64,000 nt of DNA from positions 1-64,000 of the forward strand of contig CAWIMJ010000008.1 in the NCBI GenBank assembly GCA_963837175.1, given 5' to 3'. A program made the translations under genes and the position numbers. This DNA is from an uncultured Nitrososphaeraceae archaeon (lineage in GTDB: Archaea > Thermoproteota > Nitrososphaeria > Nitrososphaerales > Nitrososphaeraceae). Below, piece after piece: positions 22,817-34,077 of this stretch (positions are counted from its first letter, which is position 1; the number at the start of each line of letters is the position of its first letter). Below the pieces are notes generated by a model. It was not told the origin of the DNA, made no database searches, and saw only the letters and a list, made by a program, of their open reading frames with translations.

Positions 22817-23359
22817 TTATATGTATATATTAGAATAAATGACGTATATCAATTATAATAAAGTGGTTCAATTAAAATCTTGTTTTTTGTTTTTTGAATA
22901 TAGTAAAATATGACTAAATGCAACGTATTTCTATAACACTTTTAAAGCAAAGCCTCGCTATACAATAAACCAATAACTGGTCATTTGAACGAGTGATTTA
23001 TTCTTTACCTAAACACCGTATTATAAATGGAAAATGCAGTATTAGAAAGAGCACAACCAAGGATGCAAAAAAACAAGCTTATGATGCAAATAGCTAATTA
23101 CGACACTATTTAGAAGAAACAAACTAACAAAAGATCGATTATGATTGATAATCACTGACCGTGGCTGGATATCAATAAAGGAAAATGATGTATTGATATA
23201 TGATCTACTATGTAGAATATGTTTATCAATTGCTTTGAGAGTTTAGCAACTAAGAGAGAAGAGGGATATAAAGATGGTTAGTAGCAGCAGTGATAGCAAT
23301 AATGGCATTATAACCAATAATATAGAAAACACTACTAAACAAATCACAACAGCAGCGGA

Positions 23360-23593
23360 ATGTTTAGTGCATCAAGAGAAGGAGGAGCCAAGTATTTCTA
23401 TTTGAAAATAGAAGATGGGATTGTGGTTAGCTATGAAATGGATTCTGCAAGAAGCAATAACAATAACACTCATAAATTTCAACAAATGACAATCAAAAAG
23501 GAAATTCCTTTCGTTCTACAGTTTGAACAAGACTTACTTATTGAAGATGGCTTGTATCCTTGGAATTCTAGAAGATCCTTACAACACAAGTAA
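23360..23593 (+). CDS. Hypothetical protein (5' end possibly frameshifted from about 23274)
   Basis: Short ORF with protein-like composition. Confidence 0.4.
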   Translation: MFSASREGGAKYFYLKIEDGIVVSYEMDSARSNNNNTHKFQQMTIKKEIPFVLQFEQDLLIEDGLYPWNSRRSLQHK

Positions 23594-23784
23594 TGAATGT
23601 TATTTCTGATATAACTTCATTTGTTACGATATGTATTATTATTACTATTATTTATAATGTTATTTACTCCAATTAAATAATGGTATTGCTTTACTATTGT
23701 CAGCTATAAGCAGTCTGACAGTTGAGTGAATGTAAAACATATTGTTCATTTATTTATTTATTCATTCGTTGTCAGTAAGTGTCA

Positions 23785-24165
23785 CTAACCGTCTGATACA
23801 TACTCGTCACTAATATGTTGAACTAACTTGAGAACGTTATCTATTATCTTTCCATGATCAGCTTCTACTTCTGTTGTTATTAGAAGTAAGTGATAATTTT
23901 CTAATGGTATAGTTATACGTTTAACCTTTTCATATTCTGCCATAGCGTATCTCCCCTTACCAACCTTAGGAGCAAGCGCATTGCGTAAGCTCCACCTAGC
24001 TGATGCCTGTAAATTTGATCTTTTTGTTTCCTCAGATGAAAGTAGATTCTGAACACCTTGGCGTTGCCCACCATACTTAGTTTCACCAGTATCGTCACAT
24101 ATACCAGCATAACGAATCTTTGGATCAATGTTTAAGATATCTCTACATAACTTAGTATAATCCAT
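23785..24165 (-). CDS. Roadblock/LC7-like thaumarchaeal protein (DUF6659-like)
   Basis: LNIDPKIRYAGI, GGQRQG..LLS.EE, GKGRYAMAEYEKVKRITIPL. Confidence 0.75.
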   Translation of the reverse strand: MDYTKLCRDILNIDPKIRYAGICDDTGETKYGGQRQGVQNLLSSEETKRSNLQASARWSLRNALAPKVGKGRYAMAEYEKVKRITIPLENYHLLLITTEVEADHGKIIDNVLKLVQHISDEYVSDG

Positions 24166-24589
24166 TGCTATAAGTTAATAACAATAAGAATGAGTGTAAT
24201 AAGGATTTTACTTGCAGTATTGTGAATATTGCAAGAATCATGAGAACCTTACGCTTGCAAATGAATCAAAAAATAGACAAGAATTTAGCTAAGAAGAACG
24301 CATTATTTATTATAGCCCTAAATGGCAACTGTAGAAACAAACAGTTTGCCATAGTGGCCTTCTTAAGACAATAGCCTATCGGATGGACGAGAATAGAAGG
24401 TTGCAAATATAAACGTAAAAGAAGTCAAAATAAGAAGAGAAGAAAGTATAAGAAGAACTAGTAATTGCTTCTATAGTACAAAGAATGATAACTAAATTGA
24501 TAGTTTGGTAACATCAATAGCTTTTGTTGTGATAGCTTTGCGTTTGCAAATATTAACAGAGTATAATTATTACTACACATCTTAGTATT

Positions 24590-24776
24590 ACCACTCATCA
24601 TAAATTCTAAATCAAACGGTATACTTGTCAATACAGATGCATCTGATAATACATTTAGCTCTAATACAATAATTAATTCTGCTGAATTTGGAATAAATGT
24701 TGCTTCCGATTCAGATTCTGTTAATAACAGATTTGATAACAATAAGCTAATGAATTCTAAAGTTGCAGGAGAATAA
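24590..24776 (+). pseudogene. Right-handed beta-helix (NosD/pectin-lyase-like) C-terminal remnant
   Basis: SKSNGILVNTDASDNTFSSNTIINSAEFGINV...NNRFDNNKL. Confidence 0.45.
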
Positions 24777-25179
24777 GAATAATAAGACAAAGAATAAAAG
24801 AAGAAGCCAATTAATCACTATTATTATTTTCATTTACTGCTCCAAGTCAACCGTTGAAATAGTTATTATTCTAGCACTTGTTTTATCACTCTTTGCAGCT
24901 TCTCTCTTCTTATGGCAGCCAACCACTATAGATTCAACTCTATTTTCTTCTAATGCTTATCAGTTAGACATATAGGCGATCCAATTTCATTCTATTATAC
25001 TACTAAATAATATCAATCAGTGTTTCCACACACTTTTTACCCACAATATTGCATACAATTAGAGAATTTTCCACACATTTTGACCCATATGAGTAGACCG
25101 TACAAAGCTGTATACCTAAATCTACCTGGTCTACCTAAGAGTTTATAGCTTTCAATATGTTATTTACTTACAGTAGGAT

Positions 25180-25594
25180 ATGGATGCTGTAAATCATCAG
25201 TATCAAAAGAACAACAAGAAACTATCAAAGGTACATCTCTACAAAACTATCAATAGAAGATTATAATGCATTTCAAATGCTAACCAAATTAGAATATAAA
25301 TCTGGATTGATTAAAGAAGAAAGTACATCAGAATTACTTAGGTTTACAATACGTCATATACTAAAGCAAGTTCATAGTCAGCCTGAATATCTTGTACTCA
25401 AACAACAAGAGCAACAACAGATAGCTCAAAATAATCAGCAGCAACAACTACAACTTCATAGTCAAGTTATTCTACCATCTACTATTGCTACTGCTTCTAC
25501 CCAACGTCAAGTTCCTAGTATATCTCGGAGAAACAATTTAGTCGCTCAGAAAATGACATTATGGAAATTATCATCATTACTGTCAACTAAATGA
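25180..25594 (+). pseudogene. Ribbon-helix-helix-like/Gln-rich protein, 5' frameshifted
   Basis: Frame of ORF 25277 extends upstream as RYISTKLSIEDYNAFQMLTKLEY...STSELLRFTIRHILK. Confidence 0.4.
25242..25268 (+). repeat. 27-bp direct repeat, copy 1 (copy 2 at 30840-30866)
   Basis: caaaactatcaatagaagattataatg identical in both places. Confidence 0.9.
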
Positions 25595-25940
25595 ATCACC
25601 ATAATGTGTAGTGGTAATGATGTGTATTATATAATCTCAAAAGTTTAAAGGTAGCACAAGATTTCTTTGGCAATCTGATTTAATAATTATGAAAATAACT
25701 GACAATTAAATGCCCTCTTCTGCCAATCGCCTTAGTCTTATAGGCAATGGAATAGCAGCCTTAGGTGTGGTAGGTTACTATACATACAACATATTAACTG
25801 AGGATTCTCCTTCAGGGCAGCTAGCTAGAATCAAGATTGGGATTAGATAACTATCCTGGTATAGATTTACTTAAGGATCGTAAAGTACACGACTATTACA
25901 GAATTCTGTCAATGTTGGAACAATTCTCCTAAGTATAGGC

Positions 25941-26279
25941 TTGCTAATAATTGGAACTGGTGGCATTTGGGTTATGGCCAGAAGAGGAAAAGGAAAAACA
26001 GAAGGAGCACCATCATCAGCAGCAGCAGGATTAAGCTCAGGGATGATGATAAATAATAGAAGAGAAGATGGAAAAGAAGACTACCGGTTCACTCCTAAGA
26101 AGGTATTACTCTATTGCATAATTGTAGGATTGATTAGTGCTCTGCTCTCTATTTTCATAGATGGATTAAGGTTGCTTTCTACGGCGGCCTTTGTATTTGC
26201 ATCAATTACAGTATGGTATATGTTTGGAGAGAAATTTCATAAATGGCAAGAAAGAGAGAAGGAACAAAAGCAACTTTAA
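25941..26279 (+). CDS. Membrane protein, probably C-terminal part of a decayed gene
   Basis: Two TM segments; further TM-coding fragments at 25700-25940. Confidence 0.4.
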   Translation: MLIIGTGGIWVMARRGKGKTEGAPSSAAAGLSSGMMINNRREDGKEDYRFTPKKVLLYCIIVGLISALLSIFIDGLRLLSTAAFVFASITVWYMFGEKFHKWQEREKEQKQL

Positions 26280-26328
26280 TGGGTAATAGATTGTTTGTCT
26301 CGGCTTTATTCTAAGTGTGATGATGATT

Positions 26329-26356
26329 GTGAAGGCTGTGAAGGCTCTATAGAAGA
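26329..26356 (+). repeat. 28-bp inverted repeat, left arm
   Basis: gtgaaggctgtgaaggctctatagaaga; exact reverse complement at 27546-27573. Confidence 0.9.
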
Positions 26357-26435
26357 TAGGTACTTTCAAAACTATTTTCAATTGGGTTACTTGTATCAAC
26401 CTTGTTAAATCCGGCCTGATGTATTATTATCATCA

Positions 26436-27116
26436 TCACTTAGGAATCACACAGTCTCCATCTAAATCAGACCAATATCCTTCTACTATTACTCCGTTTA
26501 CTGTATCAGAAATGTCTTCACAAGAATCAGCTATTTCTTCATCATCTGGGCCAATGAAAGCAGCCTTGGGTCCTGGATTAGTCCAGGCTTCAGCTATTTC
26601 ATGTGCCAATGCTCTTGTGATTGGTTCTATATCTTTACCTTCATCATCTTCCCAAGAATATAATACAGCATAGACACCTTTGTCATTTCCTTTGTATTTG
26701 AAGTTAGCATGGAATGCATCATTGTCTCTATCTGTACTTTCATGACCAGGTGTAGGAATTACAATATATATAATCTCACCATTGCTAAAGGATCTGAAAT
26801 CTGGAACTGATCCTTCTTTTATAGAATGACCTATTGCTTCTGTTATGTCACTATCTTCAAAAGTAGTAGGTAGAGGTGATATGTTATTAATAACAAATCC
26901 AAGGTATGTGGGTTTTTGTACACCACGATATTGTGATAGTTTTGAATAGTAGTTACTATTAATAATATTCTGCGTTGCAGCTACGATTTTATCCTTGGAT
27001 GGATTTAGAGAAGAATTATTCCAGTCACCCCAGAAAATCAACTGTACTTGGGCATTTGTTAATACACGTCCGCCTTTATCTATTATTTTATGTGTACCAG
27101 TAGCAGTCTCATTCAT
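26436..27116 (-). CDS. Phi-1/EXORDIUM-like (zincin-like HExxE) protein
   Basis: GGRVL...VQLIFWG, Y...LSQY, ALAHEIAEAWTNP, EIADSCE, VEGYWS..DGDCV. Confidence 0.65.
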   Translation of the reverse strand: MNETATGTHKIIDKGGRVLTNAQVQLIFWGDWNNSSLNPSKDKIVAATQNIINSNYYSKLSQYRGVQKPTYLGFVINNISPLPTTFEDSDITEAIGHSIKEGSVPDFRSFSNGEIIYIVIPTPGHESTDRDNDAFHANFKYKGNDKGVYAVLYSWEDDEGKDIEPITRALAHEIAEAWTNPGPKAAFIGPDDEEIADSCEDISDTVNGVIVEGYWSDLDGDCVIPK

Positions 27117-27545
27117 ATGCTTTGCTTCATTAAACTTGTTTAAATCGATTTCTTGTACATAGTTATAATATTAAAAATGCATTATATTTCATTATATTTC
27201 ATACTATAGAACTTAATTTTGCCAGCAACAGAATAAAGGGCCTTATCACTTTCAAATTATGTTTTATCTGTGCATTAGGAACAAGGAGAACAGAGAAGTG
27301 ATGATTATTATGATAATGGCCATGGTGTTAGGTACTATTGGTAGTAGTGTTGGTGATGGAGCAACACAAAAATGAAAAAGCGTGGTGATTGTAAAGCCTG
27401 TGATGGCTCCTGACAAGGTATAGTCTTTTCATCATCCATTGAGTGATGATATTGTTAGAATTTGTATATTATTATGTTATTTCTTATAGTTATCCTGTAT
27501 ATTATTATCACTTGTTACATTTGTATTTGTTTTGAGTACCTTCTG

Positions 27546-27573
27546 TCTTCTATAGAGCCTTCACAGCCTTCAC
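27546..27573 (-). repeat. 28-bp inverted repeat, right arm
   Basis: tcttctatagagccttcacagccttcac. Confidence 0.9.
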
Positions 27574-27856
27574 TGCTGTCATTTTCTAAAAGTTTTGTTG
27601 GGTATTTCAATGGAAGGAGGACTTAGTCTTGATCTTCAGACATGGCTACAGTAATAATATTTTCAGTTATTATTACTCTTATTCAGTATCATTACAAAAA
27701 TTCTTTATATCAAAATAATAATAATGATAATAAACAATAATATAACAAAGCATTGTATTATGATAAAGCCTAACCATTGTGATATTATGACAGTTGTGTC
27801 AACATATCAAAAGTGGGTTTTACCTAAGTAGATAACTTGGTTCAGATGTTATAATT

Positions 27857-28099
27857 ATGATGATGAAATATCAAAGTTCAACATTAGAAATAACAATAGC
27901 TGCTGTGATTATAGCAAGTATGCTAGCATTGTAAGTTATTGTACTTGTTACACAAGAAGCAAATGCAGCAGCAGTCAGTACAAAAGTCAGTGTCAAACAA
28001 ACTCAAGTGAATCAATGTAGTGGTAGTGCAAAATGCATTAAGACCAGTACAATTACATTTGGCTCGGGAGGAGTTCATGGCAGTCCAGGTCATCATTAG
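27857..28099 (+). pseudogene. Small secreted Cys-pair protein with premature TAA at 27932
   Basis: MMMKYQSSTLEITIAAVIIASMLAL*VIVLVTQEANAAAVSTKVSVKQTQVNQCSGSAKCIKTSTITFG...HH*. Confidence 0.55.
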
Positions 28100-28405
28100 T
28101 CTAGGAGGAGAAGGTTGCGGTCATCCGGCACCGTAATACATTTCTCATAAGAGAACTGGATGATTGCTATAATTCCTTTTATTTCTCTGTGACAACAATT
28201 ATGAATGATAATAATACCTTAGACAATCAATTTGTAGTGAGTTCTTCAATTGAAGAATGTCTTATGAAAATGAAAATTGTATATTACAAACTTGACATGT
28301 TATGTAATCCCTATTATATGAATAATAATTATCAATAATCTTATAAATTACTCCTTGAGTAACATATCGATGCATAATCATCAGCATAATCTTAAAACAC
28401 ATAAT

Positions 28406-28945
28406 ATGTCAAAATTATCAGTTATTGGATTATCTATTATATTAATAACCGGAATATCTCTTGTCCCCGCATTACAAATTCGAGTCCAAGGTCAAGTGCA
28501 ACAGTCACCAGCACCGCCGTCACCAGGAGGTAGTCCATCATCAGGAACTCCACCACCACCATCAGCGGTGCCAAGACCGCCGTCACCAGGAGGTAGTCCA
28601 TCATCAGGAACTCCACCACCACCATCAGCGGTGCCAAGACCGCCGTCACCAGGAGGTAGTCCATCATCAGGAACTCCACCACCACCAGCTTTGGATACAG
28701 CAGATGGCGGAGAAGCAGCTAATCAGACTGGTGGGGAAGGTGGTGGTGCAGTTAATCAAAGTGCTATGGTAATGATTCCTCAAAATTCAATGGAAATGAT
28801 TATGAGCCATGTACAAGACGCCATGACCGCAATAGATGTTCACAATAAAGATAATGCTACAAAAGCATTGCAGAGTTTGATCAGGGAATTAAAAAGTGCA
28901 GCAAATGCAAGAGGTATATCTATAGAAACTACCACAACAGGTTGA
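28406..28945 (+). CDS. Secreted Pro/Ser-rich protein with tandem repeats and C-terminal helical domain
   Basis: Signal peptide MSKLSVIGLSIILITGISLVPAL; start could also be about 28370. Confidence 0.65.
   Translation: MSKLSVIGLSIILITGISLVPALQIRVQGQVQQSPAPPSPGGSPSSGTPPPPSAVPRPPSPGGSPSSGTPPPPSAVPRPPSPGGSPSSGTPPPPALDTADGGEAANQTGGEGGGAVNQSAMVMIPQNSMEMIMSHVQDAMTAIDVHNKDNATKALQSLIRELKSAANARGISIETTTTG
28513..28688 (+). repeat. 63-bp in-frame tandem repeat x2.8 (PPSPGGSPSSGTPPPPSAVPR)
   Basis: Identical units start at 28513, 28576, 28639. Confidence 0.95.
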
Positions 28946-29839
28946 GTAGGCAGAGAGGAGATTCAGCAGCAGAAGAATATCATTAATTTTATGGCCGCAT
29001 AATTACAAAAGAGAACATATTATCAACAAATTACAATTGAAGTAAAGCAACAAATGTCTCCACCACAGTATTGGTAATAGTATAGGATTGGAACAAGGAC
29101 TAGAATCAAATCAAATTATTATTTATAATATGAATCTGAATTTACATGTTGTTCTAAAGAAAGGAACTACCATAAATATGTGATGTACATTACATAAATT
29201 AACAATAATATATGGCACTTAAGGAAATGGTATTATATAATCAAAGGGTAATTCTAAAGGTACATCATCATCTTCAGATGAATTAATATCATCATCACCA
29301 TTATCACCATCTATCATAATGTTATCTTGTGATTCTCTTTCTCTGGTATCACCATTGCTTTCTTGCTTCTCTGCGTCTTCTTCTTGTTTCCCTATAGTAT
29401 CCTCATCATTGGGTTTTGTATCACTTGACTTTGATTTCTGTTTGATATCTTAGTTCTTTATATGTCTGGGATGATGATAATGATGCTAATGCTGTAAATA
29501 CTTGACTGAAGAGTATTAAACTAACTAATAATGCTGGTAAGAGCGCATTTAATAATCTCTGTCTAAGAAGAGGAGGATGTGATAATATTAATTTGGTGAC
29601 GATGCCGATGGTGATGGAAGAATAATATCTCGTCATATCAAGGGCACTAGAAGAGTAGCGACAGGGAAGGATAAAAGAGATTTTGATATTTCTTCTCCTT
29701 CTTCGTTCATACCAATTAATAATAAGACCATCACTGTACAAGAAAGGACTTGCAACGCTGGCATTGTTAGAAAGGAAGGAAGAAGAAGACAGAAGGAATA
29801 AAACAAGAAGATAATAATATAGGTTCAGACAAGAACCAA

Positions 29840-30752
29840 AACCAAGAACAAGAGGAGCAGCAACATCTATCTATATCAGCTCAAGCATACAAACTCTTTT
29901 CAGAAAGTAAGACTCCTTTAGAAGTAGCTATTACATTAAACCTAAGAGAGTCAGAAGCAACTAAATTCTGTAGAGTATTGGAAGCTAAAGCGGCTACATA
30001 GCCCGAATATGGTCTATGAAGAGATTAAAGATGATATTGCGTCATTTCTAAAGTTATACAAATTAGCCAAGGCGAAAGGTATGGGTGTCAAGCAAGTTGT
30101 TAATGTTCTTGAAATTGCTAGTAACGACTTACCAGCTATTGAAGAGCGATATAAAAGACTGAGAAATGATGTAAGTATACTGCAATTTCAAAAGCGTATA
30201 GATGAGAGAGATTTATACCAATTAAACAACCAAATAGCATCAACAACCAAACTCCTGAATTCTTTTCGTATATCTTGTGAAAGAGAAAGAAGAGAGATAG
30301 GAAATCTCTACAATGAAAGAGCAAGGGTCGAGGCTGTTATAACAGAATTTAAGGACAATAATGAAGAATATCTTGATAAAATAAAACAGGTAGCTTATGA
30401 AGAAGTGGGAAGTGTATTAAATGACAGTAAATTACTATTGAAAGTTGCTACTCTCTCAATAATTGAAGCATTAAGAAGAAACTCTGAATTATGTGAATTC
30501 GTAATAAATGATGATTCGAATAATACTACTATTATATATGGACGTAACTATCCTTCGTTAATGTTATCAGGACGACAGCAACAACAACCATCATTCAATG
30601 ATAGCTATACTGCTTTGATATTAGAAGAAGCTGAAAAGCTTTACAATAAGTTAACAACAGAATTGACAAATTGGAGCATAGGACAGCCGCAACCATTAGG
30701 TAATCATCGTTATCGTTACCAACACATAATAACAACAGAAACTAATTCATGA
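29840..30752 (+). pseudogene. HTH/coiled-coil hypothetical protein of a repeated Nitrososphaeraceae-type family, frameshifted and 5'-truncated
   Basis: Upstream frame LSISAQAYKLFSESKTPLEVAITLNLRESEATKF / YWKLK joins ORF 30009-30752. Confidence 0.6.
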
Positions 30753-30839
30753 GATTGATATACATATCAAAGAGTCCAGATATGATCAAACAGAAATTTA
30801 TAGCAATGTCAAATGAATGATAATAAAAGGTCCTATCAT

Positions 30840-30866
30840 CAAAACTATCAATAGAAGATTATAATG
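30840..30866 (+). repeat. 27-bp direct repeat, copy 2
   Basis: Identical to 25242-25268. Confidence 0.9.
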
Positions 30867-30930
30867 AGTCAAGACAGTTAACCCTATATTCGAGAAGAAA
30901 TTAGTAAGTAATTGTAGAGGTAGTAGTAGT

Positions 30931-31722
30931 ATGATGCTTAAAGATAAAGTAGCAGTCATTTATGGTGCAACAGGCGCAATAGGATCAACAGCCGCTCATG
31001 CGTTTGCACGAGAAGGCGCCAGAGTTTTTCTCACTGGCCGGTCAACATCAAAACTCAATAAAGTCGCACAGGAAATTTCTTCCGCTAGTTTGAGTGCTGA
31101 GGTAGCCGAAGTCGACGCACTAGATGAGCAGGGAGTTAATGACCACTTAGAGAAGACTTTTGAAAAGACAGGGCACATCGATATCTCATTTAACGCCTTT
31201 GGAATTCCCATCCAGGGAATCGAAGGAATTCCGCTTATAGAACTTCCCACTGAACGTTTTTTTCTTCCCGTATCAACCTACACCAAATCACATTTCATAA
31301 CGGCCAAAGCTGCCGCGAGATTCATGATCCGAAGGAAATCTGGAGTTATCCTTTTCATTACGCCAAGCCCGGCCCGTCTCGCTACGCCTCTTGTGGGCGG
31401 AATGGCGCCAGCATGGGCCGCAATGGAAGCTTTGTCAAGAAATCTTTCAATGGAACTCGCGTCATCGGGTATACGCACAGTATGTGTTCGAACCACTGGT
31501 TTGCCTGAAACCGAGACCATCACTATCTCGTATGGGCTCCAGGGGCAGACTTCAGGTATGACTCGCGAGCAGCTTCAAGCGTCCATGGAGAGCATGACTC
31601 ATACAAAGAGATTAACGACGCTCGCGGAGCTAGCCAATGCGCTCGTCTTTGCCTCCTCTGACCAATCGAGCGGGATGACAGGGGCGGTGCTCAATTTGAA
31701 CGGAGGAATGATCTCAGATTGA
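30931..31722 (+). CDS. SDR family oxidoreductase (atypical active site), GC-richer than flanks
   Basis: YGATGAIG, DALD, FNA; catalytic YxxxK replaced by MAPAW. Confidence 0.85.
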   Translation: MMLKDKVAVIYGATGAIGSTAAHAFAREGARVFLTGRSTSKLNKVAQEISSASLSAEVAEVDALDEQGVNDHLEKTFEKTGHIDISFNAFGIPIQGIEGIPLIELPTERFFLPVSTYTKSHFITAKAAARFMIRRKSGVILFITPSPARLATPLVGGMAPAWAAMEALSRNLSMELASSGIRTVCVRTTGLPETETITISYGLQGQTSGMTREQLQASMESMTHTKRLTTLAELANALVFASSDQSSGMTGAVLNLNGGMISD

Positions 31723-32354
31723 GCCAAACTCCAATAAAAGCGAGGTCAGAATAGGCTTTTTCCTTGAAACCCTGAGGCAGGATTTTCGCTATGTCTAAAG
31801 CAGAGCTGCTGGAGTTAACAAGCTAAATGTTCGTTCTCGAATAAGTGAATATACAATACAATCGTTATTGGTCATTATTTGTCATCCAAGATGAACTTTC
31901 ATAGCTTATGCAAAAAGAACAGTAAAGGGCCAATCGGAAGTTGTTTCTTAATAGAATAGATATGATATCATATGCATACTAGGATGAGGATTGGCATAAT
32001 TCTACCTCACATAGGTCCCTAGGCAGGTATTCTATCGACTCTTTTTCTAATGATCTAGACATATAGAAGCCATTTTAGTACGTGTCTGCTATCCGGATCT
32101 GTTGACCCGAATGAAGTGATCGTCATCATTGAAGCCAGACTTAGTTTGCAGGAGGTTGGATTGTACGTAATTTTATAACTACAATTTGCCGACAGGCAAT
32201 AATAAAGCCCAGAAAAATTGGGTTAATTGGATATTAATAAAAGAAAATATTTTACTAGATCTAGATGTATATCTTTATCTACCAAATGTCTATTGTGTGT
32301 AGCGTACCACCATATTATACATAATATAAGTCAGGCAGTTCATTACTACAAATG

Positions 32355-32924
32355 TCATACGTTTCTTGGGTATAACCAGCGGCGCAGCAATCTACTCAAG
32401 ACAGGCATTGCTAAATAGGTAAGACCGACCACTAGTATTATATTTATAAGGATACCAGTAAGCAATGGCCATTGTCCTAAGTAAAGACTAAGGATATATT
32501 GAGCTAGCGAGCTAATAGAGTATGCCCCAATGAATGAGACTATAGCCATTTTCCATCTAGGAGGAGCAACTATAGTTTTCAAGTCTGGCAGGGTAAACCA
32601 CGTCTCCAGACCAGTCGCTCTCTCGTAATATCGAGTAGAGCAATTGTTCACTTCTTCCATTAGCTTGAGGGCTTCTTCTGATTTTTCCCATGCATCCAGC
32701 GAGGCCTCATCGGAGAAGCGATTAATAATGTACCGCACAGATGAATTACTGCCTCCAGGCACGATTATTGTCGATCCAAGATAACCTGGAACCTTTCTCT
32801 CTAACATCATATAACGCCGACCCCAGTCGTCGTAATCCTTCTCGTACCCGGTCTTTATTTTCCTACTGACGACCGCAGTAACTTCCTTTGGAGGGCGTTC
32901 GTCATCTAGGCTTCTGTTATCCAT
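32355..32924 (-). CDS. Antibiotic biosynthesis monooxygenase-like domain with C-terminal TM helices
   Basis: VTAVVSRKIK.G.E..Y, PGYLG, TGLETWFTLP, PPRWKMA, LLRRWL. Confidence 0.8.
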   Translation of the reverse strand: MDNRSLDDERPPKEVTAVVSRKIKTGYEKDYDDWGRRYMMLERKVPGYLGSTIIVPGGSNSSVRYIINRFSDEASLDAWEKSEEALKLMEEVNNCSTRYYERATGLETWFTLPDLKTIVAPPRWKMAIVSFIGAYSISSLAQYILSLYLGQWPLLTGILINIILVVGLTYLAMPVLSRLLRRWLYPRNV

Positions 32925-34077
32925 TGTTAAAATAAAGAGATATGAGTTAATAACTTAAACTGAGGTCTCTGATGTAAACACGCTGAGGCGATAGAAGTGT
33001 ATTTCTTAGCAACAATCAGGTTTCTGGTATTTTTTCTAATATTTGGATTAGTAGAAAAATCAGTGTTCTCGCAGTAGCGTCGGAATGGCTCATCTCTAAT
33101 TATGCGAAATATGTTCTTTATTTCATCTTTTTTCTTTTCTTGATATTAAATTTACCATGTTGTAATAGTTTGATTAAAGTTTGCATAGTATTAAAACCAC
33201 ATACCTTTTCCGCCACTAATAGTTTATGATGGCCGCCTGATCAAATCTTGCACACAGATCTGCATCCGCTAGCGCAACCCACAAATCAACATTAACATCC
33301 AAACATGGATTAGACGCATCTAAGGCTGCATTATGAACTATACATTTCATTTAGTGTATCGAGCTCTCTCTGGTATGCATCCAATTCCTCTTTAATCTCA
33401 AACTCCATCCATTCACATTTCTATGGATGAACCATCAGTTCTAGTAGCTGATAGGTAAGCAAGATTATGGCTGCATAGGGGTCCTGGTGGAGTTAGTGAT
33501 TATTCTACTTGGACTTTTACATATACTAATAAATATCATCTTATTACAAATTGAACAAACAATCTTACTTCTAAATTATCGTGTTTTACTAATAATGGTG
33601 CTGCTGCTAATATAACAAAAAGTTATAGTGTAAATGTGATTGGAGTAATGGAACCTTCCCAGAGGCAAGCTTCATTAGTAGCAGAACAACAGAGTAATGT
33701 TAGTGGTGGTATTAGTTCTTCTTCCTCTTCTTTACCTCCCATAAGGGAAGATAATAATACGAATGCAAAAACAACAACACCTACTAGTCCAGAATCAATT
33801 CCTTCTATTCCAATAACACCATCGCCATCTCCTGAATCTAGAGGCAATGAAGATACAACTATCTATTGGAATATACAATAGGATAATAAGTAGCTTCTTC
33901 TATTTTGAAGATAATAGATTTAAACGAGTCCTAACATGGGAATAATTATCATTAATTCCTATTGATAGATGAAAATTGTATGACAATCTTTAGGATACTG
34001 TACAATCTCGATTGGATCGATAATAATTATCAATAATATTATAAATTACTTCTTTAGTAAGGTATAGATGCATAATC

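Noticed and set aside
28437-28772. His-rich (HHQELHHHH) and antisense repeat ORFs suggesting a metal-binding protein
   Set aside because: Alternative frames of the 63-bp Pro-rich repeat; the Pro frame has the signal peptide and full ORF
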